Part shown: positions 47,458 through 59,200 of the stretch, in pieces | Numbering within the stretch: position 1 is the stretch's first letter | How the letters are laid out: each line of letters starts with the position of its first letter | DNA from: the human T2T-CHM13v2.0 reference genome, Homo sapiens | Direction: 5' to 3' (one strand) | Length of the DNA: 64,000 nt | NCBI RefSeq assembly: GCF_009914755.1 | Contig: NC_060928.1 | Notes under the pieces: model-generated | What the model was told of the DNA's origin: nothing | Seen by the model: the letters and a program-made list of their open reading frames with translations, nothing else | The model's database searches: none | Made by a program: the position numbers and the translations under genes

Positions 47458-48077
47458 CACAGTCCTCATTTGGGTGTGTTACTCTGGTACATTTACCGAG
47501 TGACCTGAAAGGCTGCCAGCTTTGGGTGGGGTCCAGAACAGGAGAAGGCTCTGCAACAGGTCCAGGCTGCTGTGCAAGCTGCTCTGCCACTTGGGCCATA
47601 TGACCCAAGAGATCCAATGGTGCTTGAGGTGTCAGTGGCACATAGGGATGCTGTTTGGAGTCTCTGGCAGGCCCCCATAGGTGAATCACAGCACAGACCT
47701 CTCAGATTTTGGGGCAAGGCCCTGCCATCTTCCGCAGATAACTACTCTCCTTTTGAAAGACAGCTCTTGGCCTGTTACTGGGCTTTGGTGGAAACTGAAC
47801 ATTTGACTATGGGTCATCAAGTCACCATGCAACCTGAACTGCCCGTCATGAACGGGTGCTTTCCAACCCGTCTAGCCATAAAGTGGGTCATGCACAGCAG
47901 CATTCCGTCATCAAAGAGAAGTGGTATATATGTGACTGGGCTCAAGCAGATCCTGAAGGCACAAGTAAGTTTTACATGAGGAAGTGGCTCAAATGCCCAT
48001 GGTCTCCACTCCTGCCACCCTGCCTCCTCTCCCCCAGCCTGCACCAATGGCCTCATGGGGAGTTCCCTGTGATCATT

Positions 48078-48515
48078 TGCCGCGGTTTGCCATGGTTACT
48101 ACGGGACTGAACGAAGGAGGATGAATGTAGAAATGAAAACAAAAAACAAGAAACTATTTTAAAGGAAGAGCACGGGGAAGAAGAGGGCTCCCAGTTTCTA
48201 GTGAGCAAGGGCAGCCACCCTGAGCTTCTATAGCCCTTCATGTTGGGTAGAAAGATCAGGGAGCAGGAGGTAATGATTGGTCAGCTCCTTAATTGATCTC
48301 AGGTTCACATTATTGCTAACAGGCTTCATAGTTACCTAATCACAAGAAACACTTGTGCGTGGGTCGTGACTGCTCTCAGCAGTCCTTCTGGGCAGCATAT
48401 GTGGTTTGTCAGTTCACCAACAACCTGCTTTTATGAGAACAGTTTGCTGTTTACTCGTATAGCCTCTGGTGGTATACTGAGTTGATCGTGACCCTCACTC
48501 TTTCGGCCTGCAACA
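48078..48515 (-). mobile_element. Solo LTR of HERV-K class (LTR3/HML-6-like) inserted in HERV-L pol
   Basis: 438 bp, TG...CA ends, 6-bp TSD ATCATT (48072-48077 and 48516-48521); minus strand begins TGTTGCAGGCCGAAAGAGTGAGGGTC. Confidence 0.8.
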
Positions 48516-50167
48516 ATCATTTGACAGAGGAAGAGAAGACTAGGACCTGGCTCACAGATGCTTCTGCACGATATGCAGGCACCACCCGAAAGTGGTCAGC
48601 TGCGGCACTACAGCCCCTTTTTAGGACATGCCTGAAGGACAGCAGTGAAGGGAAGTCTTCCCAGTGGGCAGAACTTGGAGCGGTGCACCTGGTTGTGCAC
48701 TTTGCATGGGAGGAGAAATGGCCAGGTGTGTGATTATGTACTGATTCATGGGCTGTAGACAATGGTTTGGCTGGATGGTCAGGGACTTGGAAGAAGCATG
48801 ATTGGAAAATTGGTGACAAAGACATTTGGGGAAGAGGTATGTGGATGGACCTCTCCGAGTGGTCAAAAACGGAAGATATTTGTGTCCCCTGTGAGTGCTC
48901 ACCAATGGGTGAACTCAGCAGAGGAGGATTTTAATAATCAAGTGGGTAGGATGACCTGTTCTGTGGACACCACTCAGCTTCTTTCCCCAGCCACCCCTGT
49001 CATCGCCCAGTGGGCCCATGAACAAAGTGGCCATGGTGGCAGGGATGGAGATTACACATGGAGATTCAGCAACGTAGCCCTCCACTAGCCAAGGCTGGCC
49101 TGTCTACAGCCACTGCTGAGTGCCCAATTTGGCAGCAGCAGAGACTAACACTGAGCCTCAATATGGCACCATTCCTCAGGGTGATCAGCCAGCTCCCCGG
49201 TGGCAGGTTGATTATATTGGACCTCTTCCATCCTGGAAAGGGCAGAGGTTTGTCCTCACCGGAATAGACACTTACTCCTGATGTGGGTTTGCCTATCTTG
49301 CACGCAGTGCTTCTGCCAAGACTGCCATCCATGGACTCACGGAATGCCTCATCCACCATCAGGGTGTTCCACACAGCATTGCCTCTGAGCAAGGCACTCA
49401 CTTTACAGCTAAAGAAGTGTGGCAGTGGGCTCATGCTCATGGAATTCACTGATCTTACCACGTTCCCCATCATCCTGAAGCAGCTGGATTGGTAGAACGG
49501 TGGAATGGCCTTCTGAAGTCACAATTACAACACCAACTAGGTGACAATACTTTGCAGGGCTGGGACCAAGTTCTCCAGAAGGCCATGTATGCTCTGAATC
49601 AGCATCCAAGATATGATATTGTTTCTCCCTTAGCCAGGATGCACGGGTCCAGGAATCAAGGCACTCAAGTGGAAGTGGCACCACTCGCCATCACCCCTAG
49701 TGATCCACTAGCAAAATGTTTGCTTCCTGTTCCCACGACATTATGTTCTGCTGGCCTAGAGGTCTTAGTTCCAGAGGGAGGAACGCTGCCACCAGGAGAC
49801 ACAACTGTTCCATTAAGCTAGAAGTTAAGATTGCCACCTGGACACTCTGGGCTCCTCCTACCTTTAAGTCAACAGGCTAAGAAGGAGTTACAGTGTTGGC
49901 TGGAGTGATTGACCCAGACTCTCGAGATGAAATCAGTCTACAGCTCCACAAAGGAGTTAAGTAAGAGTATGCATAGAATTACAAAAGATCCATTAGGGCG
50001 TCTATTAATATTACCATGCCCTGTGATTAAGGTCAATGGGAAACTACAACAGCCCAATCCAGGCAGGACTACAAATCCCCCAGACACTTCAGGAATGAAG
50101 GTTTGGGTCACTCCACCAGGAAAAAAAAAAACATGAACTGCTGAGGTGCTTGCTGAAGGCAAAGGGA

Positions 50168-50427
50168 AATGGTGAAGGTGAAGGAGGAGCAAAGGCACCT
50201 CTTACATGGCGGCAGGCAAAGAGCATGTGCAGGGAACTGCCCTTCATAAAGCCATGAGATCTCATGAGACTTATTCACTCTCATGAGAACAGCACAGGAA
50301 AACCCCACCCCCATGATTAAATTTCCTCCCACTTGGTCCCTCCCACAACACATGAGGATTACGGGAGCTAATATTATTAATACAATTCAAGATGAGATTT
50401 GGGTGGGGACACAGTCGAACTGTATCA
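50168..50427 (-). mobile_element. Partial THE1 MaLR LTR abutting the HERV-L breakpoint
   Basis: gaaggaggagcaaaggcacctcttacatggcggcagg...gatgagatttgggtggggacacag...tatca; the other end is missing. Confidence 0.88.
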
Positions 50428-53159
50428 GGCATCCTATGGGCAGGCCAGAAGTGTTGGTTACCCCTTCCACCCATGCCTTACTGGCCAGAACTCACTCATA
50501 CAGCCTTACCTGATGGGGGCGGGGTGGTGGTACTGGGAAATGTGGATGCACAAACGGGTGTGACCACAGGGTACAGTGCTTGCCACACTCAGCTGACGTG
50601 TTTCTCTCCCACACACCAGGCCACTTGGAGATGCAAGACAAAGCAGCCCACCCCTGGTCCCCATCATCCCCTTGGAATCACCTTGGAAAACCCTGGATCA
50701 TTTTGAAAGATGCTCATGGACGCCATCTCATTGGGGCTCATCACAGTATCAAGGTAGAAGAGGAAGCTGAGACCAGTAAGATCACATGGTGGCTGAAGGT
50801 GGTGTGGCTAGTCAGGGACAGGTCCCTTGGCCACAGAGCCACTGGCGGGTGGCAATGTGCCACGACCATGGGGTCTGGCAGAGATGGCAGTGTCCCTGGC
50901 CACAGTGTCCAGCAGCAGCATGGCAGCCGCAGCAGGGCTCTGTGGTCAGACAGGGGTGCTGCTGTGACCTGAGACTGTGGGCTCCTTTGAAGGTGGTGAC
51001 CCTGCCCCTCGTGTGGAGCCCAGCTGTGCTGTGGGGCTGAGCTGTGGTGTCCTCCTCTTTCAGGATGTGGCTCTGTTTTCACTGCCTACCAGCTCTCCAG
51101 CCTTCCCCTTGGTTCTTGGAGACCTGATTTGCTTCCAATCAACCCCTTCCTACTCAGTGGCCAGCCTATTTCTCCATTTGCAACCAGCAACCCTGGCTAT
51201 AACTTCTGGGGAAACTTCTGGCTATAACTTCTGAGGCACGGAGCGGGGCAGGAGCTTGCCCAGGGTCACAGCGCTCTCGGCCAGTCTGGGAGTGGCAGCC
51301 AGGCCACCTCCTCCTCCTGCAGGAAGCTTCCTCCACCTTTCAGCAGCCCTGGAGCCGCATGGAGCAGGGAAGGGAGTTGTCTACCCTCCGGCATCCTGTG
51401 TGTTCCAGGCTGTGTGGGAGCAGGTGCAGCTGCCAGGCATGGCAGGAGCCTGGGCCCGGGCCAGCACTCAGGAATGCAGCAGGGCCCTGCCTCTCCCTGT
51501 AGGGATAAGCAAGTGCCAGGCGCCCAGGGCAGCGGATGTGTCTGTGGCTACAGCCCCAACGGCCCCCGCCTCCGCACCGGCTGTCCTGGGCCAGCCCCTT
51601 GGGGGCCTGGGATGTGTGGGGAGCATGAATGGGGCTCTGTGACCCAGCAACTGTTCTGCGGAAGGCGGCTGGTGGCTGCACAGGTGACTGCGGGGGTGGG
51701 TGGGGGATGCAAAATTCTGCTTCCTGGGCCTGGTGTCCCCCGCCTTGCATGAGGCCCTGACAAGACATCACCGAAGCACCAAAGCCAACCCTTGTGGCCC
51801 ACCGGAGACCTGTCTCTTGGATCACAGGGGCAGTGGGGAGGGGCGCCCAGGGCTCCCGATGCCTCTGAGCCCTGCTCTGAGGTCAGCCGATGTGGCTCAG
51901 TCCTGGCTGTGAGGCCTCACGCTGCCCTGATTCCATTTGCTCCTCAGTGCGAGGCAGACAGAGCCCAGCCTAGGGTCTGGATGGGATGAAATGAAGACGT
52001 CTCCTCCCTAACGGGACACTGTCTACCCCTTCCTTCTTCTCCCCCGAGAACCGTCAGCCCCGTGAGGATGGGGTCTAGGGTAGGGCATGTGGACGGAGCT
52101 TTGCTGTTTGTCCAGGTGCTTATCTTCTAGGGTGCCATCGCCCCTCCCCACTGCTGTTCCCGTATCTGCTGGGTGTCCCCAACCCCAGGGTGGTGGAGGC
52201 CGTCTCTCGGATGGGGCTGACACCCAAGGCACGGACCTGCCAGGTCCCCCAAAGCACATGGCCTCTCTGCAGAAGAACCTGGATGTGACATCTAATGCCC
52301 AGGCCAGAGCTTGGGGACAGCTGGACTGGAGCCACAGGGTCAAGGAGGGGGAGTCCAGAAGCGCAAAGTCCACCCAGCTGGGAGGGCTGCTGGCAGGTCC
52401 TTTACAAAGCAGGCAGCTCCTCTGCCCATCGGAGCCGGCTGGCCTAACCAGGGCCTGCTCTTGCCTGGGATGGGGGCAGAAGAGGTGGAGACCTGGGGCC
52501 CTGAGGCGGCACTGTGGGTCCTGGACCCGCCCACCTGCACTGGGGTCCCTGCAGGCTTTTAATGGGAACAGAAATGGAGGAAGAGACAGAGGCTGCCAGG
52601 GGCTCCCCGACCCCTACTGCCTGCCTGGGGAGGGGTCACCTCAGTGTGGGGGAAGCCTGGGGATGTGAGAGCATCCTAGGCCTGGGCTGCCTGTGGCCAG
52701 TCTGTTGTCCGGGTGTCTAGTGACCCCTGGGGTAGGGGCAGATGCCAGTCTGGGAAGCCGGATTGTTTGAAGACCAACTTTAAAGTTGGGAGCAGTGCCC
52801 AGAGCGGGGCCGATGTCTGCTAGGTGGTTGTCTCTGCTTTTTGAAAAAGAAGTCCCCGCCCGACCCCCGCCCCGCCAGGCGCTGGTCTGAGCGTCTGAGC
52901 CCAGATGGTGCGCTTGCTCCAGAGGGCGGGCGGCTCCAGTGGCCGCCGCGGGACGGTGGGGCCAGAGGGGCCCGTGGGGGTGGGGGAGCCGCCCGCAGGA
53001 GAAGGAGCCCCGCCCGCGCCGGCCCTGGAGTCGCCGGTGTCGCCGCCCTGCCCGCGGGCCCGCCCTCCTGGCCCAGCCCAGGGCCCTGCGAGCTATTTTG
53101 AAAGTGACCCTGGGCTGGGGCGCCGGGGCGAGCGCGGCGGCGCGGAACCATGACAGAAG

Positions 53160-53213
53160 ATGACCGAGGCGGCGCTGGTGGAGGGCCAGGTCAAGCTGCG
53201 GGACGGCAAGAAG
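53160..53213 (+). CDS. DOK7: DOK7 exon 1 coding part
   Basis: ATG ACC GAG GCG...AAG AAG|gtcggg; 18 codons. Confidence 0.95.
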
Positions 53214-56200
53214 GTCGGGGCGCGTCGGGGGCGCGGGGGGGTGGGGCGCGGGCGCGGGCGGCGGCTCACGCTCCCCCCTGTCCCCGCAGTGGAAGAGTAG
53301 GTGGCTGGTGCTGCGGAAGCCGTCGCCCGTGGCAGGTGAGCGGGGCGGGCGGGGGACGGGGGGCGCGGGGGTAGCGACACGGGTTACCGAGGCCCGGGGC
53401 AGTAATGCCAGCTTGCCCAAAATCGCCGCCGCTGTCACCCCGCCGGGAAACCCGAGAGCCCCGTGCGGACCCGGACCCCCCGGCGCCCCTGGGAGCGCAG
53501 GTGGGGGCCCTGGACGGAAGAACCCTCTTTCCAGCAGGGCAGACTGAGGCCCGAGGGGCTGCCTGGTGGCCCTGTAGGCGGAGGGGACGCAGGCCCTGAG
53601 CCCCCCAGCAGAGCAGCAAGGGGCCCCCCAGAAGCAAAGCCCCACATACCTGAGGGTTGAGCTGTGCTTGTGGAAACGCTCAGAGCAGGGCCCCCGAACC
53701 CAGCCTCCAGGGGTGCTGCGTGGGTTAGCGCTGACCCTGGACCCCTCCCAGGCAGACGAGAGGCTGGGCTGCGGTAGGGCAGGGCAGAGTGACTGCCACA
53801 TTGCTGGGGGAACAGTCCTCTGGGAGGAGGCAGGGGTCCCCCCCCAGTCCCCGCCCTGAGCCAGCACCCCAGCTTGGGGAGGGTCAGCATGGAGCCCCCA
53901 GGTCTGGCAGCCCAGGCCGCCTGCAGCGCTGGGCCTGTAGGGAGGGCTGAGCCGGGCCTGCAGCTGCTCCAGAGGACAGGTGCGGCAGAGCCGGCCAGGC
54001 CCGGGTCTGGGTGGGATGCTCGGCCTGTGTGCATGGGGGGCTGTACGCCAGGGGGCTGCCAGAGCACCCTCCAGGACGGGTGTCTGTGACTCCCAGGGAG
54101 GGTGTGGGGCAGGGATCCCTCCTGCGTCCCCTCTGCAGGGCCTCAGGTGGTCCTGGAGGAAAGCACTTCCTGCCTGCCTCCGCCTCCCCTTGCAGGGCCT
54201 GGACTGCACGCTGGTCACTTCTCCACTCAGCCCTCCGTGCCCAGACCTCCTGCCTGGAGCTGTGGGGGCACCGACAGAGCCTGGGAGGGCGTCTTTGTCC
54301 TCCGGGGCTGCAGGGGACCTGGTATAGGAAGGGATGGGGTCTGGGCAGAGTGAGAGGCCCTGCCAGGCTGGGGCGGATGACAGGCTTTAGTCAGCTGTGG
54401 CTGGGTCGGGGCCGTGGTGGGGCAGGTGATGCTTGGTGGATGGTGCTGGGCTGGAGCCGGTGCAGACCCTCCAGAGAGGCCGCATCCCAGGAAGGCACCC
54501 GGGACAGCAGCCCCCAAAGAGGAGTGTCGGGGGAGAAGTCTTTGTCCCTGTTGGAGGGATTTTCTTTCTGCATCAGACAGTCCCAGGAGGCAGGGCCTGC
54601 CAGCCTCAAGAGGGTGTGCTCCCCCGGCCGGTGAGTGCCTGAGTGGAGTGACAGGAGTTTGCAATGGGTCCCCCAGGTGGGACAATCTGTGAGTCTGTAG
54701 GTGAACATGGTGGCTCCCGAGCGTCTGCTGGGTTATCCCGTATCCTGCGCAGTTGAGATCTGCAGCCTTCTGGGGCTGGCGTGGGAGGTGATGTGGGGTA
54801 GTAGAAGGTGCCATGCCCCCTCTGGGTGGATGTTCATTCCAAGCCTTGAGGCCAGGTGTCCCTAGCACCCACTGACTCACTGGCCTGGGACCCATTGCTT
54901 TGGACACCTGCTTTCTGTGTTGGTCACTCCAGCAGCCCAGGGTTGAAACTGACACCCTGTGGGGTTGCCCAGAGGTCGGTCAGATGAGGGGATGGGACAG
55001 AGCGGAGTTCTCACGCCCACCTCCCCACCCTGACCAGGCCAGCCTGGCACCTCCTCTCCGCTCAGAGGCCCTGATGCCTCTTCCCCTGGCCCCTCATAAG
55101 CCTCCCTAGATGCTGCCCCCTTTGCCTTCACCCAGCTGCCTTCCCGCTCAGCGCTGGAGACCACCTCCCTTGTGGATGGGCCCGGCGTGGAGGGAGCAGG
55201 CCCCAGCCCTGGAGGAGCAGACAGCACAGACCCTGCGCTCCTGGTGTGAGGGAGAGAGGAAGGGTCCCGTCTGCTTCCTTGTAAGACAGGCAGGGTTCTT
55301 TTTGTTACCAGTGGTGATTTCCTTCTGGGAAGGGCCCCGATGTGCACCTTTTCCACTGGCACCTTTCTCCTCCTTGCGTTTTTCTCAATCGTGAGCACGT
55401 CTTTCTGTTATGACAAGGTTTAGCGAATGAAAGGGAAACCCTTTTATCAAAGGGCTGCTCAGCCACAGCGCCTGGCATGGCCAGTGGACGTCGGGCCGTC
55501 TGCCTCGGTGTGGGACTGCAGGGTGCCCTGCAGTGGGACCACGTTCCTCAATGTCTCCACCGCGTCCTCACTGCGGAATGCGTGTCTGCGTCCCCTCTCT
55601 GGGCAGGGCCCCGGGGGAGGAGGGTGGTCTGTGTCCAGTTGTGGCCCAGGACTCACTGCTGGTGGCCCTGCATGCCAGCGGCGCCTGGCCCAGCCCCTCT
55701 CTTCTTCCTCCCAGGTGCGGGGGCTGGGGGTGGTGAGGAAAGTGTTCTTGACATCCTGTGGAGAGTGTGGCCCCAGGCCAGACACTTGAGGGGGCCTGCT
55801 TCCCACAGGGGCTGCCCCTGGGGGCTTCATCCAGCTCAGAAAAGCCACCGGGAGGGCCCGAGTCCTGGAGCTGGCAGGGTCTTGGAGTCACCATGGTGGG
55901 GGGAAGCTGAAACTCAGAAACCCGAGGGATCTGGCCCAAGACATGGACTGCTGGGCAGAGCCCAGTTCCCCCCAGCCAGCCCAAACCTTGCCCCCCACAG
56001 CTGGCTGGAAGTTCCGCGCCTGCCCCCGGGCTGATGGCTGGGCCCTTGCTTAGTCTCCCCTATCCTTGCTCTCGGTGGGACTGAGCCCGGCCTGCAGGAG
56101 GGACCCCACGGAGACGGCGCAGGAGCCGGGAGCCCCCTGGCAGGTGCCCCGTGAGCCCCGGAGCTGCCCCACGGCTAGTGCTGTCCTGGGGCCCTGCCCT

Positions 56201-59200
56201 CCACAGCGCCTCCGCTAACGAGGGGCTGGGGGTGGACACTGGGTCGGCCCTTCCTGAGCAGAGCCTCCTGGTGGTGGATTTCCTGTGCGTCTGGCTCCTG
56301 CCCCAACGGACTGGGGCTGACATCCCAGCTCCGGGCTGAAGACCGGGCGTGGGTGGTGGCCAGTTATCCTCTCCCCATAGAAACATCAAGAACAGGGCGA
56401 CCTTCCCTCAGCCCCCGCGTCAGGACAGGGAATCAGAGAGCTGGGGTTCAGCTCTCAGCTCCACATGTGGGAGCAGTGACCTGGGACGGCTCCTTCCCCG
56501 CCTGCGTCCTCGTCTACTCACAGGGCTCTTGAGGGCAATGGAGAGGTGGGCGCGAGGGCCTGGCCCTGGCATCTGGAGCCTCGTCCTGGGCTGCCCTTGG
56601 TGATGTCTGTGGTCTGGGGGGCCCACCTGCACCACACCTCCAACACCTGTGCCGGGCAGGGGCACCCTCACGCGTTTCCTTCCCGAACCAGATTGTGAAT
56701 GGGTCCGGGGCTAGGCACTGGATCTTGGTCTCGTGTGTCCTGGCTGTGGCCTGGCCCGAGGAGGCATCAGCAGGCCGGCCTGGTCGATGGCCGCCCCCCT
56801 TGCTCCTGCCCAGCTTCTGGGGGCGGCTCCAGGCTGCTGCACCCCAGCAGGGTCCCCTCAGGCGGCTACCACCTGCGTTGCTAAGGGCACAGCCTCAAGG
56901 TCACTGTGACCTCCAAAGGCTGTCCCGCAGCCACTTCTGCGGACTCCCATCGTGTTCAGTGTGGGCGGGGACCCCCCCCCCACTGCGTCCCCGGCCCACA
57001 CATGCCCCTGCCTTCCCTGGGCCACCATGCCTGCTTGCTCCATCTTCCCTGCGGCTTCTCCCCCTCCTCCTTCTTCCCTCCCGCCCTCCCCGGCTCTCCG
57101 CCCTGGCTGTAAGGCCTTCCGTGTGCTCATGACTCCACAGTTATTTTTACATCTCCAGAAGCCTGCGTCCAACTGCCTGTGTGCATCGCCGCCCGGTGTC
57201 TGGTGGGCTTCTCAGCCTCACGTGTCCAGGGAAGACCCCCCCCCCCCACCCCAGACATCCCTCCCCAACCCAAGTCCCAGGGCTCATCCTGGATTCCTCG
57301 TTTCCCTGTGGCTGTGGAGGTGAATGCAGGGGGAGCGTGTGTGCACGTGCGTGTGTGTGTGTGAGGATGTACATGTGCACCTGTACACACCGTGGGAGCG
57401 TGTGCACGTGTGAGCAAGTGTGAGCATTTGGGTGAGTGTGTAAGAGTGAATGTGTGAGTGTGGGCTTGTGTGGCTGTCTTAGCTCAGGCGGCTCTTAGCG
57501 AATGCCACAGCCTGGGCGGCTCAGACGACAGCCAGTCACTGCTCACGGTTCTGGGGGCTGGAGGTCCAAGATCAAGGCAGCCTGGGTGTCTGGTGAGGAT
57601 CCGCGTCCTGGGTGTCTCGTGAGGACCATGTCCTGCTGCATAGGTGGCGCTTTCTCTGTCCTTATATGGTGTAGGGGGAGGAAGCGCCCTGGGGCCCCCT
57701 CATCAGGTACTGGTCCCATTCTTGAGGCTCCACCCTGATGACCTCATCGCATCCCAAAGGCCCCACCACTAACCCATCGCCTTGGGGGTGAAGATTTCAA
57801 CACTGGAATTTCAGATTCAGACCCCAGCACTGAGTGCATGAGTGCACGCTTCTGTGTGTGCACAAGCATGAGTGCAAGTGCATGACTGTGTCCACGTGTG
57901 TGTGCATGTGAATACCTGTGTGTGCAGGTGTGTATGCAAGTGTGTGTGTGCATGTGAATACCTGTGTGTGGGGGTGTGTGTGCACAAGTGTGTGTGTGTG
58001 CATGTGAATACCTGTGTGGGGGTGTATGTGTGCAAGTGTGTGTCCGCGTGCATGTGAATACCTGTGGGAGTGTGTGTGCACGTGTGCACATGCGTGTGAA
58101 TACCTGTGTGTGCGAGTGTGTGTGAGCTCAAATGCTTGTCTGTGTGCGTGTGTCTGTGTGTGCAAGTGTGTGCCGGTGTCTGCATGGGCATGCAGCAGTG
58201 TGTGTGCCTGTGTGAATGTACATGTACGAGTGTGTGCCTGTGTGTGCATGTATGTGTGCCTCTGTGTACATGTATGAGTGTGCATGTGCGTGTGTGCGTG
58301 TATGAGTGTGTGTGACTGTGAGTGTATGTGTGTGTGCCTGTGTGAGCATGTATGAATGTGTGTGCTTGTCTGAGTGTGCGTGTATTGGTGTGTGCGTGCC
58401 TTTGTGTGTGCGTGTGTATATGCCTGTGTGTGTGCATGTATGAGTGTGTGTGCCTGTGTGCATGCCTGTGTGTGCATGTATGTCTGTGTATGTGTGTGTA
58501 TGTGTGCGTGCCTGTATGTCTGCCTGTGTATGTGTCTGTGTGCGTGTGTGTGTGCATGTATGTGTGCCTGTGATCATGTATGTCTGTGTGTGCCTGTGTG
58601 TGTATGCATGGAGTGTGTGTGTGCGTGTATGTGTGTGCGCGTATGAGTGTGCATGCCTGTGTACGAGTGTGCCTGTGTATGTGTGCATGTCTGTGTGTGT
58701 ATGTGTGTATGAGTGTGCGTGCTTTTGTGCACGTGTGAGTGTGGTGCCTGTATGAGTGTACGTGTGCCTGTGTATGCATGTGTGAGTGTGCGTGTATGAG
58801 TGTGTGTGCCTGTGTATGTGTATGAGTGTGCATGTCTGTGTGTGCATTAGTGTGTGTGCCTGAGTGTACATGTGTGTGCCTGTGTGTGCGTGCATGTATG
58901 TGTGCACACATTGTGTGTGTGCGTGTATGTGTCTGTGTATGAGTGTGCATGTGTGTGTGTGCGTCTGTGTGAGTGTGCATGTATGAGTGTGTGTGCCTCT
59001 GTGTGAGTGTGCGTGTGTGCCTGCTTGTTCCACATGGTCTCTGTGCCTTGGCCTCTCCTGGTGCCTCTTCCTCGTTTGTCTCCTTTCAGCATCACGACCC
59101 GGTGCCCTCCACCCAGCCCAGTGCTGCCTGCCAGAGCCCCGGGAACCCTCCAAGTTCTGCAAAAGCCTTCCCTGGCCAGGTTGCAGCCAATGCCCGCAGC

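Larger units (their letters stand above)
52800..53600. promoter_or_regulatory. DOK7: DOK7 CpG-island promoter with GC boxes
   Basis: Dense CpG and several CCCGCCC (Sp1-type) boxes around exons 1-2; the only AT-rich element just upstream of the ATG is CTATTTTGAAAG at 53093-53104. Confidence 0.85.

Noticed and set aside
52641-54218. 525-aa antisense ORF across the DOK7 promoter
   Set aside because: GC-rich CpG-island ORF with Pro/Arg/Ala low complexity and no recognisable domain.
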